From: Hydrurus foetidus
Taxonomy: Eukaryota
Direction of reading: 5' to 3'
Length of the DNA stretch: 64,000 nucleotides
NCBI GenBank assembly: GCA_900617105.1
Contig: UYFQ01000779.1
Span: forward strand, 62,001-126,000
Shown: one piece after another, positions 1-13,325 of the stretch
Numbering within the stretch: the stretch's first letter is position 1
How the letters are laid out: each line of letters opens with the position of its first letter
Notes under the pieces: generated by a model
What the model was told of the DNA's origin: nothing
Database searches by the model: none
The model's input: the letters and a program-made list of their open reading frames with translations, nothing else
Program-made: the position numbers and the translations under genes

Positions 1-257
1 GTGCAAAACATTAGCAATACTGCAACAACAGCAACATATAATTTCAATAACTCATCACAAGTAGCTGGTGGATTTTCAAACACACATTGGGATTGGGATT
101 TTAATGATGGCAACACAAAAAGTGGGGCTTTACCTAATGTTGACAATACTTTTAGCAGAGGAACCACAGATAAAACATATACAGTAAAAATGACTGTTAC
201 GGCTAACTCTGGTTGTTCTGCAACTGCAGCGAATACTGTTACTATTCAAAACAATAA
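1..257 (+). CDS. PKD-domain protein, C-terminal end (5' truncated by window)
   Basis: WDWDFNDG...TYTVKMTVT.NSGCSAT...TVTI is a PKD repeat signature. Probable stop at about 255-257. Confidence 0.7.
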
Positions 258-260
258 CCA

Positions 261-531
261 ATGGATTTTGCAACTTTTAATTGGGCAGATTATATGGGTT
301 TATTTGGTGCTTTTTTAAGTGCTATTACCTTTATTCCACAGTATTGCAGGCCTACAAAACTAAAAGCGTTAAAGACCTTAATTTATCAATGCTATTGATT
401 GTTTTTACAAGCGTTATTATTTCAGTTGTTTATGGTTTGCCAAAGGATTATTGCCAGTAATTATTGCCAATAGCATTATCTTAATTTTAAGTGCTATTTT
501 GCTTTATTTCAAGGCAACCTTTAAAAACTAG
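261..531 (+). CDS. SemiSWEET / PQ-loop sugar transporter
   Basis: Joined frames give MDFATFNWADYMGLFGAFLSAITFIPQ..AYKTKSVKDL...LPVIIANSII. PQ motif, about 90 aa, three hydrophobic helices. Confidence 0.8.
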
Positions 532-637
532 TGTTTGTAAAGATATTTTTTAACACTTTGCCAATATCTGCTAACTATACATATTTTCGTTTTAGTTAAC
601 ACATCTCAACATCAGTACATCTAACATCATAATTTTT

Positions 638-2695
638 ATGTCTGTATTTAATCAAAACCGAAGCAGAGTGGTGCAAACCATTTTGTGGTGGCTTTTGTAA
701 TCATATTACTTCAGTTAATCAATCTTCAAATTATATCTACAAAATACAGAATAGCAGCAGATGAAAATGCCAATCTTCGAAAAACAATTTATCCTAACAG
801 AGGAATTATTTTCGATAGAAAAAAAACACAGTCTTTTAGAGAATGTGATTGTATGTATGTTAATTGTTACTCCATCTGAAACGAAAGTTAGACACATTGG
901 CTTTTGTGCAATGATGGATATTGATACAATTGCTTACAAAAATATTCTTAAAATTCTTGGTAAAACAGGCAGTGCTGTTAAACCAGGAACTTTTGAAGCA
1001 TTATTAACACCGAAAAATATGCACGCCTTTCAGAGAATATGTATCGCTTTCCTGGCTTTTATTAAGTGAACGCTCTGTTCGTAGTTATCCTTACAATGCA
1101 GCAGGAAATGTACTTGGCTATATTGCAGAAGTTGACACTGGTTTTGAGAAGACATAAAGATGAAGGCTACGAAATGGGCGATTATGTTGGCTTTACAGGT
1201 TTAGAAAGAACTTATGAAAAGTATTGATGGGGAACGTGGAGTGAAACGCCTTATTAAAGACAAGCTTAGCCGTAATATGGGTTCTTACGAAAATGGATTG
1301 TTTGATACAGTTGCAATTGCAGGAAAAACCTCTACAGTAGCATTGATATTGAACTGCAAAAATTGGGTGAAAAATTAATGACAGATAAAGTTGGAAGCAT
1401 AGTTGCTATTAACAAAAACTGGTGGTATTTTGTGTATGGTGAGTGCACCAACTTATAGCAATTATTTAACTGGTCAGAAAGAAAGACATTTTGGAGAACT
1501 TTTACCGATCCAAGAAAACCATTAATTAATAGACCAGTAAGTAATAAATCATCGCCAGGTTCTACATTTAAAACAGTTGTAGGTATTGTTGGTTTGGCAG
1601 AAGGCGTTATTGATGAACACTATTCACTAAGTTGTGGAGGAGCATTTTGGGGCTGTGGCAATGGCAAACCAAAATGTTTAGACAAAGGAACTTTTAATAT
1701 CAAGGAGCCATTGCTGTTAGTGATAATACTTTTTGCAACAGTATATAAAAATATTAGATCAAAATAGATATCCAAACACAGATACAGCTTTAGAAGTTTT
1801 TAATAGATATGCTCATTCTTTTGGCAGGAAGCAAATTGGGAATTGATTTGCCGTCTGAAACAGAGAGCAATATTCCAACGTCAGCATTTTATAGAAAAAT
1901 GCACAGTGTTAAATGGAACTCCTGCAATATTATTTCGAATACAATTGGTCAAGGTGAGGTTGAAGCATCGCTTTTACAACTTGCAAACGTAATGGCAACT
2001 ATTGCTAATAAAGGGCATTTTACACACCATTTAATTGATTCTATTGAAGGTGGGGACGAATATAAACTACTTGCAAATTATAAAATTAAACACAATGTTT
2101 TAAATGTGCCAGATAGTGTTTTTGAAGATGTACACGATGGAATGCAGGCTGTAATGGAATATGGAACTGGTGCTGGTGTTAAAGTTGAAGGTATTACTAT
2201 TTGTGAGTAAAACTGGCACTGTTGAAAATTATACCAAGGCGAAAAACAAAAGGCCATTGCATTTTTGGAGCATTTGCACAGAAAACCAAGAATTGCTATT
2301 GCAGTAATGTGTGAAAATACAGGTTTGGTTCTCAATCATCTGCACTATTGCTAGCTTATTAATTGAAAAATATTTGCGTGATAGTATTAAAGGAGATGAA
2401 AGGAAAAATTAGAAGAAAAGAATTACAAAACCAAGTTAATTCCTAAAATAATGCAGTTACAAATAGATGCAATGGAGGCTTTAAGAAAAGCAAAATTAGA
2501 TTCTATAAATGGCTTGCTTGGGAAATGGATAAGAAAGGTAGAACAGCTCAAGTTGAGCAAGAAACTGATAAGCCAATGCTATCAAATCCGCTACCAGAAA
2601 AGCCTGCAAAAGACAATAAAATACTAATGACACTAGTAGTGCTGCATTGCTAAATGAAGAGAAAAAAAACAATAAAGCTAAAGGCAATTATCTAG
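638..2695 (+). CDS. mrdA: Penicillin-binding protein 2 (class B PBP)
   Basis: YPNRGIIFDR; SPGSTFK (SxxK, ~1552-1572); SDN (SxN); KTGTVEN (KTG, ~2210); IGQGE. Confidence 0.9.
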
Positions 2696-2811
2696 TTTAA
2701 TGCCGCTGGCTTTGTCTAGTCTATCAAAACTGTCGATAACAATTCGTTGCCAAAAATTTTAATAGAGTCGATATGCTAAGTTGTTTATATTTATGCTCCA
2801 AAACAACGATT

Positions 2812-3530
2812 ATGTGAATAGCAAACAGGAAAAGTTATCGATATACAAGATGCTTCTTCTTCACAAAACGCTTCTTCATTGAAATTCCAGCAACGCAAAT
2901 TTTGAATTCAAAGCTGGTCAGTTTGTGACACTTGATTTGCCCATTCACGAACAAAAATAAGCGTTGGCGTAGCTATTCTATGCATCTGCACCTAATGGAA
3001 CCAATGTTATTGAACTAGTAATTGTATTGCTTGAAGAGGCCTGGGTACTACCTATTTATTCAATCACGTTTCTGTTGGTAGCGAATTAATACTTCGTGGT
3101 CCGGAAAATTTACTTTGCCAGAACTCATAGAAAAAGATTTATACCTTATTTGCACAGGTACAGGTATTGCTGCTTGGTCAATGGTTAATATATCCACGAA
3201 ATAATATACCACATAGAAATATTTATTTGGTGTTTGGATGCAGAACAATTTGGCGATTGTTTATACAAGATGAACTACTTGCTCTTCAAGACAAATTAGA
3301 AGGATTTCATTATATGCCTTGCTTTTCAAAGAGCTGATATTCCACATTGTGGAAAGAAAAGGCTATGTTCACAAGCTTATACAGAAATGGTTTTAAAAAT
3401 AAAATTGGCGAAGAACCTGCTCCGTCTTCATTCTATTTATGTGGTTGGAAAAATATGATTGATGAAGCAAAACAAAATTGTTGATTTAGGGTTCGATAGA
3501 AAAGCGATTCACTTAGAGTTGTATGGATAA
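2812..3530 (+). CDS. Ferredoxin-NADP reductase-like FAD-binding oxidoreductase
   Basis: FKAGQFVTLDLP, RSYS.ASAP, ICTGTGIA, FYLCGW, C-terminal IHLELYG. Confidence 0.85.
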
Positions 3531-3587
3531 AATAATCTTCTTAAAAGTTGTTAATGGCTCACATTTATATTTGCTTTGTAACTACAA

Positions 3588-4332
3588 ATGCAACCATTAT
3601 CAGTTTCTATCATCACATTTAATGAGGCAAAAATATTGCTCGTTGTTTAGATAGCGTTAAAGATATTGCCAACGAAATTGTAGTAATAGATTCTAACTCT
3701 ACAGACAATACAGAAAGCATTTGCAAACAATATGGAGTTAAGTTTTACAAACAATCTTTCTTAGGATATATCGAGCAAAAACATTGCATTAGAGCATTGC
3801 AAACATAATGCTGTATTGTGCTTAGATGCAGATGAATGCCTTAGCCCAGAGTTAATACAATCTATAAAAAAGCCAAACAAAACGATTTTCCTGCCGATGC
3901 TTATTCAATGAATCGTTGCACTAATTTTGTGGCAAATGGATTAAATATGGCACTTGGTATCCTGACAGAAAATTAAGATTGCTCAATAAACAAAAGGAGA
4001 AAATGGGGTGGTGTTAACCCGCAGATAAATTGAAATGCAGGGGAATGTTAAGTCTGTGTTTTTAAAAGGAGATATACATCACTACAGTTATTACACAGTT
4101 GAGGAAGTATTAACACAACAAAACAAATTTACTACTATACAAGCTAAAGCTATGTTTGAACAAAGGAAAGCGTAGTAGTTTGTTTAAACTATTTATTAAT
4201 CCTCTTACAGCTTTTATAAGTGGTTATATTTTAAACTTGGTTTTAGATGGTGTTGATGGTTTTATTGCATCAACAGTATCGTACAATACAATGGTTAAAT
4301 ATTATAAGTTGATGAGGTTGCAGAAATCATAA
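3588..4332 (+). CDS. Glycosyltransferase family 2 (LPS beta-1,4-glucosyltransferase-like)
   Basis: IITFNE..NIARCLDSV, VVIDSNSTD, LDADE, WYPDRKLRL. Confidence 0.85.
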
Positions 4333-4335
4333 ACA

Positions 4336-5059
4336 CTATAACAATTTTGCTGCTTTTCTAAATCTTCTGGGGTTATCGAATTTCAACGCCCATATAATCT
4401 GTAACAACCATTTTTAAAATTCCATTTTCTAAATATCTAAGACATTCTATTTTTCAGCAGCTTCTAAAGGTGTCATTTCCCAATTGGTAAAATTCATTAA
4501 TGCGTGCTTGCGAAAAGCATACACACAATATGTTCATAATAAATTGGCGTTACATTTTGTCTCTGTGATAAGGAATAATGCTTCTACTAAACATTAATGA
4601 ATTCATATTTTTATCAACAACAACTTTAACATAGTTGGGGTCTGCAATTGATTTTCATCTTTTAAAACTGCATTAAACTTGCAACTTGAACACTATTATT
4701 ATTAAAACTTCGAGCAGTTTTTCTAGAGGTTCACGTTTAACAAAGGTTCATCGCCTTGCACATTTACAATAATATCAATATCTAAATCTATAGCAGCTTC
4801 TGCAATTCTATCACTACCACTTTCGTGGGAACTTTTTACTCATAATAGCTTTGCCACCATTACTTGTAATTTCATTAAAATGATATCACTATCTGTTACA
4901 ACAATTACTTCATCAAATAATCCTGTTGCAATGGTGTTATCGTAAGTGTGGCGAATAACTGTTTTATTGCCTAGCGTTTGCATTAACTTGGCAGGAAATC
5001 TGAGTGGCAGCATATCTTGCAGGAATCATTGCAACTTTTGTAAACGATAATGAACTCAT
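4336..5059 (-). CDS. kdsB: 3-deoxy-manno-octulosonate cytidylyltransferase
   Basis: [60 protein letters not shown]. Confidence 0.9.
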
Positions 5060-5140
5060 ATTTTCTCTATTAAAGAACAAATTTAGTTGCTTGGTTTATG
5101 TATTGATGAATAAACTTAATATTGTATTAACAAATCTTAT

Positions 5141-6080
5141 ATGTCATTTTCTGTCAACATCAATCAATCAAATACTTATACATCCATTATTTTATCTGAT
5201 GATGCATCAAATACTATGGTAGAAGTTTTTTGTTTTGGTGGATTACTAAACTCTTTTGCAGTTGAACAAGATGGAAAATTATTTAATGTAGTGGATGCTT
5301 ATACAGACGTTGATGATGCTATTGCAAAACAGAAACACTTGGTTTAAAAGTTGCAGACTAAGCCCATTTCCTTGTAGGTTGAAAGATGGTGTTTATGAAT
5401 TGCAAAACGAGCAATTTAAAATTGAAAAATTTTATTTAGGTGAAAATGCAATGCGGAATTATTTATGATGCTATTTATGATATTACAAAAACTGAGGCCA
5501 ATGAAAACTTTGCTTTGGTTGAATTAAGTTATGATTATAAAGGAAGACAAAGGATATCCATTTTGCATTTAATACAAGACTTATTTGGAAACTTGGAAGC
5601 TAATAATTTGTTAAGTGTTAGTTCTTATGTTACTAATAAAACCAATTCAATTATTCCTTATGCAGAAGGTTGGCATCCATATTTTAAATTAGATATTCCT
5701 GTTGATGATTGCACATTAGAATTTGATGCAAGTGATTTGTTAGCGTTTGATGCAAACTGCATTCCAACGGAGTAAATTAATTAATGAAAAAGATTCAAAC
5801 AAGCAACTCCACTTAACAATATTTCTTTAGATAATTGTTTTGTTTTAGATCAAAATATAGAGCAGCCTAAATGTATTTTTAAAGGCAAACAATTGGCTGT
5901 AAGTATTATTCCTGCTGCATCTTATTCTTATTTACAAATCTTTACACCTGACCATAGAAACATTGCCATTGAAATTTAAGTGCTGCACCCGATGCTTTTA
6001 ATAATAAAATTGGGCTGCAAATGTTGCAACCCAATCAAGAATATCATTTTAAAACGAGCTATCAAATACAGAAATTATAA
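5141..6080 (+). CDS. Aldose 1-epimerase family protein
   Basis: RLSPFPCRL, EGWHPYF, LDNCF, YLQIFTP, IAIE.LSAAPDAFNN. Confidence 0.85.
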
Positions 6081-6741
6081 TTGTGCAGCAGAACCTTTTT
6101 GATGCTCAATGTTTGTGCTATTGATTTAATGGTATAATAAAATACTGCCATCATTGCAGCAAATAGAATAGTAAAACCCCAAGTGGTTGTGTGATGAAAT
6201 GGATGTATGATTCTTTGAAACGAAGCATCAAACAAACCATCAATATCTGTTATTATATTCCAACTATTAAAACGTAAAAATCTACCTATATAAATTCCAT
6301 AACCACATAATATAAAGCTTGCCAAAACAATTGTTTTAACGATGACTGATTTTTAGATGTCTTGAAAGAAATTGCTCCACTTGAATCAATGATATTAGAC
6401 CTATAATTAAACCATTCCACGCAGCACTAATACAAATAAGCAAATCAAACCAATAAAGGAACAGGTGGTCGTTCTACATAGTGAAAAAAATCTGTTATAA
6501 TATATGGAGCATTGGGATAGAAAAACAACCATCCAAAAATTATAATTATTGATTTTATGCCTAGCTTGTTTTGTTTGAGCAAATGATTACTTAACACCAA
6601 GGGAATGATTGCAAGAAATAAATTCCAAACAAAAAATATAAGTTAATCTATGTGTTAATGCAATTCTTGTTGCTAGCAATAGCATAGTAAATGCTACAGA
6701 CAAAATGAGCATTTTATTTGTTGCTGTTATTTTATTTTCAT
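6062..6741 (-). CDS. DUF1361 membrane protein
   Basis: WNLFLAIIP, WLFFYPNAPYIITDF, GIYIGRFLRFNSW. Confidence 0.85.
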
Positions 6742-7090
6742 TTATAATATTTTAGGTAAGAAGATAATGCCAATAATCACACTAATAATAGCAGCCCACA
6801 TTACAGCAGCAGCAGCAACATCTTTAACAATTTTTATAATAGGATGATATTCTTCCTGCACCACATTGCATAGGTTTTCAATAGCTGTGTTTAGCATTTC
6901 TAAACCTATTACAAATCAATACACAATATAACAATCAACCATTCGGTTGTGCTAATTCTCAAACCAACTGCAAGTGCTATTGCCAAAGCCGCAATGGCTA
7001 ATTGTATGATTCCATTTATTTCGTGCAAGAAGAAATATCTCATCCCATTAAAAGCATTAGAAACTGCTTCTAAAAGTTTTATTTTTTCAT
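6742..7090 (-). CDS. dgkA: Prokaryotic diacylglycerol/undecaprenol kinase (DgkA family)
   Basis: About 116 aa; AFNG...E.NG; LEMLNTAIENLCN; KDVAAAAV. Confidence 0.85.
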
Positions 7091-7119
7091 AGCTGATTTT
7101 TAATGGATGCTAAACAAGC

Positions 7120-8582
7120 TCAGTTTAACATCCATTGTAAATTTTTAGACTTTATTCTACTCGGCAGTGCCATACCAATTGATTTTCTGCTACCAAACAT
7201 TACTAATGCAAGGATGATAAATAAGCCAATACTTCCAACAAGTAATGCTGCATCTTCTAATCTTATTAGAACAAAATGAAAGCATATAAACAGGTAAGTA
7301 AACTGCAAAAACACTAGCTGTCTTAATACTTTTGAAATGACTTTTAGCATACAATGTAATAGGTAATACTGTTGCTAAAGCTGCAATTAAATAAGCATAA
7401 TCGAATAGAATAAATTCGCTGATGGATAATAATAATGTAAAGAATATAACAATGCTATTCCTATTAAAACATATTGAACAGGGTGAATTGGTTTCTTTGC
7501 ATCAACTCAATAATAAAGAAAAGTGCAAAGGTTAAACCTATGAATAAGATGGCATATTTTACACTGCGAGTTGTTTTGTATATTGGTCTGCAGGCTGAAC
7601 CATACTTACACAAAAGCAAGACTTTGTTTGTTGAATTAAAAATCTTTTAGTGCTGTACCAAAGGGAAGATTAGCATTATTAAAACTCCATTTAGCTTGAA
7701 AACCTTGTTCGTTTACATCTCTTGTGCCTGGCAATTGCTACCATCAAATTTTGGATCTTTCCAAGTTGATTTTATGTCGAAATTGCTGTTGCCACTTAAA
7801 GGAATAAAGTGCAATCTTTCACTTCCTTTTATTTTTAATTGCATATCAAAGTTCAAAGCTTTTGCAGGTCTTCTAAAGTTAAATTTACGTTAGCAGACAA
7901 ACCAATTGCCTCAACATCTTTGTTGCAGATTCTGTTCTAACATATTCTTCTGACCATTACCAAAGGGTGTTGCAATAGTTTCAATCTGTTTAGTTGGTAA
8001 GCCTGGTGCTAAATCATATTTTGTTCCATTAAAACTAATATTCATCTTTTCTTCAATGCCTTTAAAGTCACTGATGCCATAACAAATTTTTGCTTCACTA
8101 AGTTGTAATGAACTTGGCTCAATATCTTTTGGCAGTTGAATTTTAAAGTTGCGATGTTTTTACATCACTCCTATACAAAGGATTTTATAAATAGAACGAG
8201 TCTGATTTCTGGGTTGATTGTTCCACTAACATTTAGATTCTCTGGCAATAAATAAAGATGTTTTTACTAATTCATCGTTTTCTTTTGCCGATAAGGAATG
8301 TACAAATATGGTCCAGAAAGGGTTTGCTGTGTTGACCATCCGTTGGTTACATCTTTAACTACTTCCTGTTGCCTTTTTCTCGTTCTGATACTAGATCTTT
8401 TACAAATACTGTTGGAATGAGCATTAGCAGAATTAATGCACCAGTAATAACTCCTTAAAAAGAATTTTGTTTGCACTGTTTGATTCTGGTTTCTTGCTTT
8501 TCCAATCAGTAGAAGGGTTAATGTTTGAATCTTGGTTTGTGTTGCCAAAGTTTGTGGCGTCTTGAAATTGATTTTGTTCCGT
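7120..8582 (-). CDS. creD: Inner membrane protein CreD
   Basis: LLMLIP, ER.KRQQEV, QTLSGPYL.IPY, PKFDG, KYAILFIGLTF, IHPVQY, EDAALLVGSIGLF. The start codon appears miscalled as ACG at about 8582. Confidence 0.88.
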
Positions 8583-8584
8583 AG

Positions 8585-9023
8585 AAATTGTTGATTTGAG
8601 ATGATGAAAAATAATTATTGATTGATTTGTGAATAATGAAATAGCTATAAGTGAACAGAGAAAAAGTCCTAGCGATGCAAGTGAACTGTGATAGATAAAT
8701 GTCATTAGCCAATTGTTGCTGTCTGAGTTAATAAGTCCAAATAAAATAGCATAAGGCATTGTTGATATAAAGCAAACCAGATATAGTAATTGCAACTTAG
8801 TTTTATGTTCTATGTTTTTCGTTCTTTTATCCAAGGGAGCGTGAATAACAAAAAAATAAATACGGGCAAGCTACATAGTATTGAAAATACAAAGGCTAGA
8901 ATACAAGTATATGAAGCTGAAATATCAGAAAATATGAAGTAAACTAGCCAGCCAATTGCAAATACTGCACAGGTTAAAACCAAATTGATGCAGCTATGTT
9001 TGTTTTGAAACTCGATTATTCAT
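8585..9023 (-). CDS. Hypothetical multi-pass membrane protein
   Basis: Hydrophobic joined ORF (MNNRVSKQ...) between creD and the upstream gene; no family recognised. Confidence 0.55.
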
Positions 9024-9034
9024 TTGTTAATAGA

Positions 9035-9430
9035 TTAAATATTCTTGAGAAGATGGATTAAGATACCGTCGATTATGGTTCTTGTTTTATAAATGCCAAT
9101 CCAGCCTGCAACAATAGCTGCCAATGGAAAAAGCATTAACCAGCCTGCTTTCCAAACACTTTTCCAAACACCAAAAACACCAATAAGAGAATAAGCTAAA
9201 AGCAACTCCAATAGGAACAGCAAGAATCAATATCAACCACTTTAAATCTGGATTAATGTTTGAAGATTTAACCAAGAGAAAAATAAGTGTATAAGTAAGC
9301 CAAGCTATTATTCCAAATCCAACAGCTAGTAGTAAGGAATAGCCATACATAATTGGAACTGCAATAACTGGCAGTGTTATTATTGCATAATTTAAAGAGC
9401 ATAGCTGAATGTTATAAATGTTTGTTTCAT
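9035..9430 (-). CDS. Hypothetical multi-pass membrane protein
   Basis: ATG at 9430 just after the palindromic operator; four hydrophobic segments in ORFs 9087-9350 and 9035-9223. Confidence 0.6.
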
Positions 9431-9439
9431 ATCAAAAGT

Positions 9440-9456
9440 GCTTTGAATTTCAAAGT
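9440..9456. promoter_or_regulatory. Palindromic operator 2, GCTTTG-AATTT-CAAAGT
   Basis: Inverted repeat about 10 nt upstream of the 9430 ATG; matches the site at 10466. Confidence 0.7.
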
Positions 9457-9482
9457 ATAAGTACAAAAATTATTTAGTTGAG

Positions 9483-9763
9483 TTAATCATTTTTCAAGAG
9501 CTTCAATGTGTTGTTTAAATGCTTTTCACCAACTTTTGTTGTTGTGTAAGTGGTATTTGTTTTCCTTCCAATAAAACCTTTTAAAACTTTTATATAACCA
9601 CTTTCTTCCAACCCTTTTATATGGCTAGCTAAGTTGCCATCTGTTATTTGCAAAAGCTCCTTTAAGTCGTTAAAGTTTATTTCATCGTTTACCATCAAAG
9701 CACTCATTATGCCTAATCGTATTCGATTATCAAAACCTTATTTAAATGTTGAATTGGGTTCAT
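9483..9763 (-). CDS. Winged-helix transcriptional regulator (ArsR/MarR-like, HTH_34 type)
   Basis: FDNRIRLGIMSALM...FNDLKELLQITDGNLASH.K.LE..GYI...K.FIGRKTNT.Y. Confidence 0.9.
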
Positions 9764-9806
9764 TTTTAATTTCATTATCACATCATCAAATTATCACAAC
9801 TACATA

Positions 9807-10460
9807 TTATTCTCTCTCATATTTATTCCACATATAAACACCGTATATTATGTGTAAAACATAACCAATTGCCCAAAAATATAGCCCAAAACCAATGAAC
9901 CAAAGATTGATTAGTCCCAGTGCTATTTGGCAATAACCCAAGTATCTAACTTCACCCAGCGTATATTTAGAAGCATTTACCAAAGCCAAACCATAGAATA
10001 TTAAACAACCAGAACAATTAATCCATAGGCTTCATTCTCTATTAGTTTTTAATAAATATAGACCTCCAGCAACCATTGGTATCATTACATTAACAAACAA
10101 ACGTTTTGATGTAGAACCCCACAGTGGAGTATTGGTTTTGCTGCGTAAATAGGTAAATAAAACGACAGTAAAGGATGCAATAAAAGTTACAATGGCAATC
10201 ACAAATAAACGATTACCCATAAAGGACTCAATGCTGACATTACCAGTTTTGGAGGTTTCGTAAATGCTAATATCTAAAGATTTTAAAATATGGCCCCTAC
10301 TTGCAGATATTACATCATAAGCAAAATATGCTCCAACTAAAGCACAAGAGCCCGCTGCAATACCACTTAATCCACTTAAACTAATGAAACGGCTGCTTCG
10401 TTCCATCATTTGTTTGATGTGGTGTAAATCTTGTTGATGTTCTTGGTTTGAGATATTCAT
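9807..10460 (-). CDS. Conserved Bacteroidota membrane protein
   Basis: DLHHIKQMMERSSRFISLSGLSG...FYGLALVNASKYT...HIIYG.YMW.KYE. To my knowledge this family usually precedes this regulator. Confidence 0.8.
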
Positions 10461-10465
10461 AAAGC

Positions 10466-10482
10466 ACTTTGAAATACAAAGT
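10466..10482. promoter_or_regulatory. Palindromic operator 1, ACTTTG-AAATA-CAAAGT
   Basis: Perfect 6-bp inverted repeat 5 nt upstream of the first ATG of the operon. Confidence 0.7.
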
Positions 10483-10574
10483 AAATAGAACTAATTTGAT
10501 TCACCAAATTTTTTTTTTAAATTTTAAAAACTTTAGTTAACCAAATATTTCCTTTAGTAACATAATAAAATAGA

Positions 10575-13267
10575 CTATTCCATCACTGGTCTCAACCATC
10601 TTTCCATTTCGTCTTTGCTCATTCCTTTACGTTTGGTGTAATCCTCAAACTGGTCTTGTTGTATTTTACCTATACAAAATACTGGCTTTGAGGATGGCTG
10701 AAATACCAACCACACACTACTTGCAGGATACATTGCCAAGCTTTCTGTTAAAAGTAATGCCAGTATTTTCTGTAGCATTTAGTAGGTCAAATAATTTATA
10801 TTTTTTTCTGTATGATCTGGACAAGCAGGATAACCTGGTGCTGGACAGATGCCTTGGTATTTTCGTGAATTAAATCTTCGTTGGTTAACGCTTCTTCTTT
10901 ACATAACCCCAATATTCCCTTCTTGTTTTTCGTGCAAATATTCTGCAAAGGCCTCTGCTAATCTATCTGCTAAGGCTTGCAGCATAATTTTATTATAATC
11001 ATCTAAAGCTGTTTCAAAGCTTAATATGTGACTCAATACCGTGAATGGTTACAGCGAAAGCACCTAAATAGTCTGAGTTATGAGTTCAAGTTATGAGTTT
11101 TAGGCATTATAAAATCTGCTAATGAAGATTTGGTTGTCCAGGTGCTTTTGTATTTGTTGCCTTAAGTTTCTAAGCTGAACAGTTGATGAATTGTTATTTA
11201 CAAAATGCTATCGTCTTTAGATGATGCTTCCCAAAACCAATAACACCTTTGGTGATAACCAGTTTTCTGCAATAATTTTATCAATAAAGTATTAGCATCG
11301 TTATACAGTTTGGTGGCTTCTTTACCAACAATTTCATCACTTAAAAATTGCAGGATAATTGCCGTGCATTTCCCAACAATAAAATGGTTTCAATCTATAT
11401 AACTTCTCAAATCCTTTACAGTAATATCTTCTATAGTTTTGTTCCAGTAAATGTTAGTGCAATTGGTGTATAGTTTTCCCAATCAATTTTACTTTATTTT
11501 ACTGCATCTTCATATTTCAAATAAGTTTTTGAAGACTTTTATTATCAAAATTCTCTTTTAGTTTTCTATATTCTTCTTTAACATCAATTAAAAATTCTCT
11601 TTAGCATCGGGGTTTAGAAGGTTGCCAGCAACCGTAACACTTCTACTTGCATCTAAAACGTGTACCACACCATTGCCATATTCTGGTGCAATTTTACCGA
11701 TGTGTGCATACGACTTGTAGTTGCCCCACCAATTAATAAAGGTTGTGTCATTCTCTACGCTTCATCTCTTTTTGCAATATGTACCATCTCGTCAAGGCTT
11801 GAGTGTTATTAAGCCACTTAAACCAATAATATCAGCAGCACATTTTACCGCTTCTTCCAAAATTTTATCTTATTTGCAACCATCATCCTAAATCAACAAT
11901 ATTATATGCGTTACAACCCAGCACGCCTACAATATTTTTACCAATATCGTGTACATCGCCTTTTACGGTTGCTAATAAAATGGTAGCTGCAATTCAGCAC
12001 TTTCTTCATTTATAGTACCAGCTGCAAGGTGTGGCGTTTCTGTCCTCTTTTTCTTGTTCAATATAGGATTAGAATCGCAACTGATTTTTCATCACCCTGG
12101 CATCTTTTTACCACCTGCGGCAAAACATTTTACCTGCACCAAATAAATCACCCACAATATCCATTCCTGCCATTAATGGCCCTTCAATCACATCTAATGG
12201 ACGAGGGTATTTTTGGCGGGCTTCCTCAGTATCTGCATCAATAAATTTGTAATACCATTTACCAATGCGTGAGCCAATCTTTTTCTCTACACTTTCACTA
12301 CGCCAAGCAGCATCTACTTTCTCTTCTTTGTCTTTGGCCTTAACGGTTGTAGCAAATTCAATTAACTTTTCTGTGGCTTCGTTATTATCATTATTTCTAT
12401 TAGAATAACATCTTCGCAAAGTTGTTTAAGTTGGGTTCTATTTGGTCATACACAATCATTTGGCCAGCATTGACAATGCCCATATCCATACCCGCTTTAA
12501 TTGCATAATACAAAGAATACGCTGTGCATTGCTTCACGCACAGGTTCATTACCCCTAAACGAGAAAGAAAGATTACTAACACCACCACTGATTTTACTAA
12601 AGGATATTTTGTTTGATGATACAGTGGTTTCAATAAAATCTACACCATAGTTATTATGTTCTTCAAGACCTTTGAAATTGCAAAAAATGTTTAAATCGAA
12701 AATGATATCTTGAGGATTAAACCAACTTCATTTACTAATATTTTATAAGCACGTTCACTTATTTCAACCTTGCGTTGCATTGTATCAGCTTGACCTTTTT
12801 TCATCAAAAAGCCATAACAATAACTGCTGCCCCAAATGCTAAAACAAATTTCTGCTTGTTCACGAAATTTAGCTTCGCCTTTCCTTCATCGAAATACTGT
12901 TCACAATGCACTTGCCTTGCACACATTTTAAACCAGCTTCAATAATTTCAAACTTACTGCTATCAATCATTATAGGGATTTTAGCAATGTCTGTAGTTGC
13001 TTTGAATTAGATTTAGAAAGGTGGTCATTGCTTGCTTGCCATCTAACAAAGCATCATCCATATTTACATCAATTACCTGTGCACCATTTTCAACCTGTTG
13101 GCGAGCAACAGATAATGCTTCTTCGTATTGATTATTAAGAATAAGTTTTGCAAATTTCTTTGAGCCAGTAACATTGGTACGTTCTGGCATTTACAAAATT
13201 TGTTTCTGGTCTCCACAAAGTGGCTCTAATCCACTCAATCTAAGAAAGGTTTAATCGTTACTTGCAT
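10575..13267 (-). CDS. metH: Cobalamin-dependent methionine synthase: pterin-binding, B12-binding and reactivation domains only
   Basis: [71 protein letters not shown]. No N-terminal homocysteine-binding domain. Confidence 0.92.
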
Positions 13268-13325
13268 AGTGGCAAAATAAGCTATATGAGTTATTAGTTT
13301 AGTAATCATCATTTTCTGTAAAATG

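Noticed and set aside
13268..13325. SAM or cobalamin riboswitch upstream of metH
   Set aside because: Only about 60 AT-rich nt lie between the upstream terminator and the ATG, with no riboswitch consensus.
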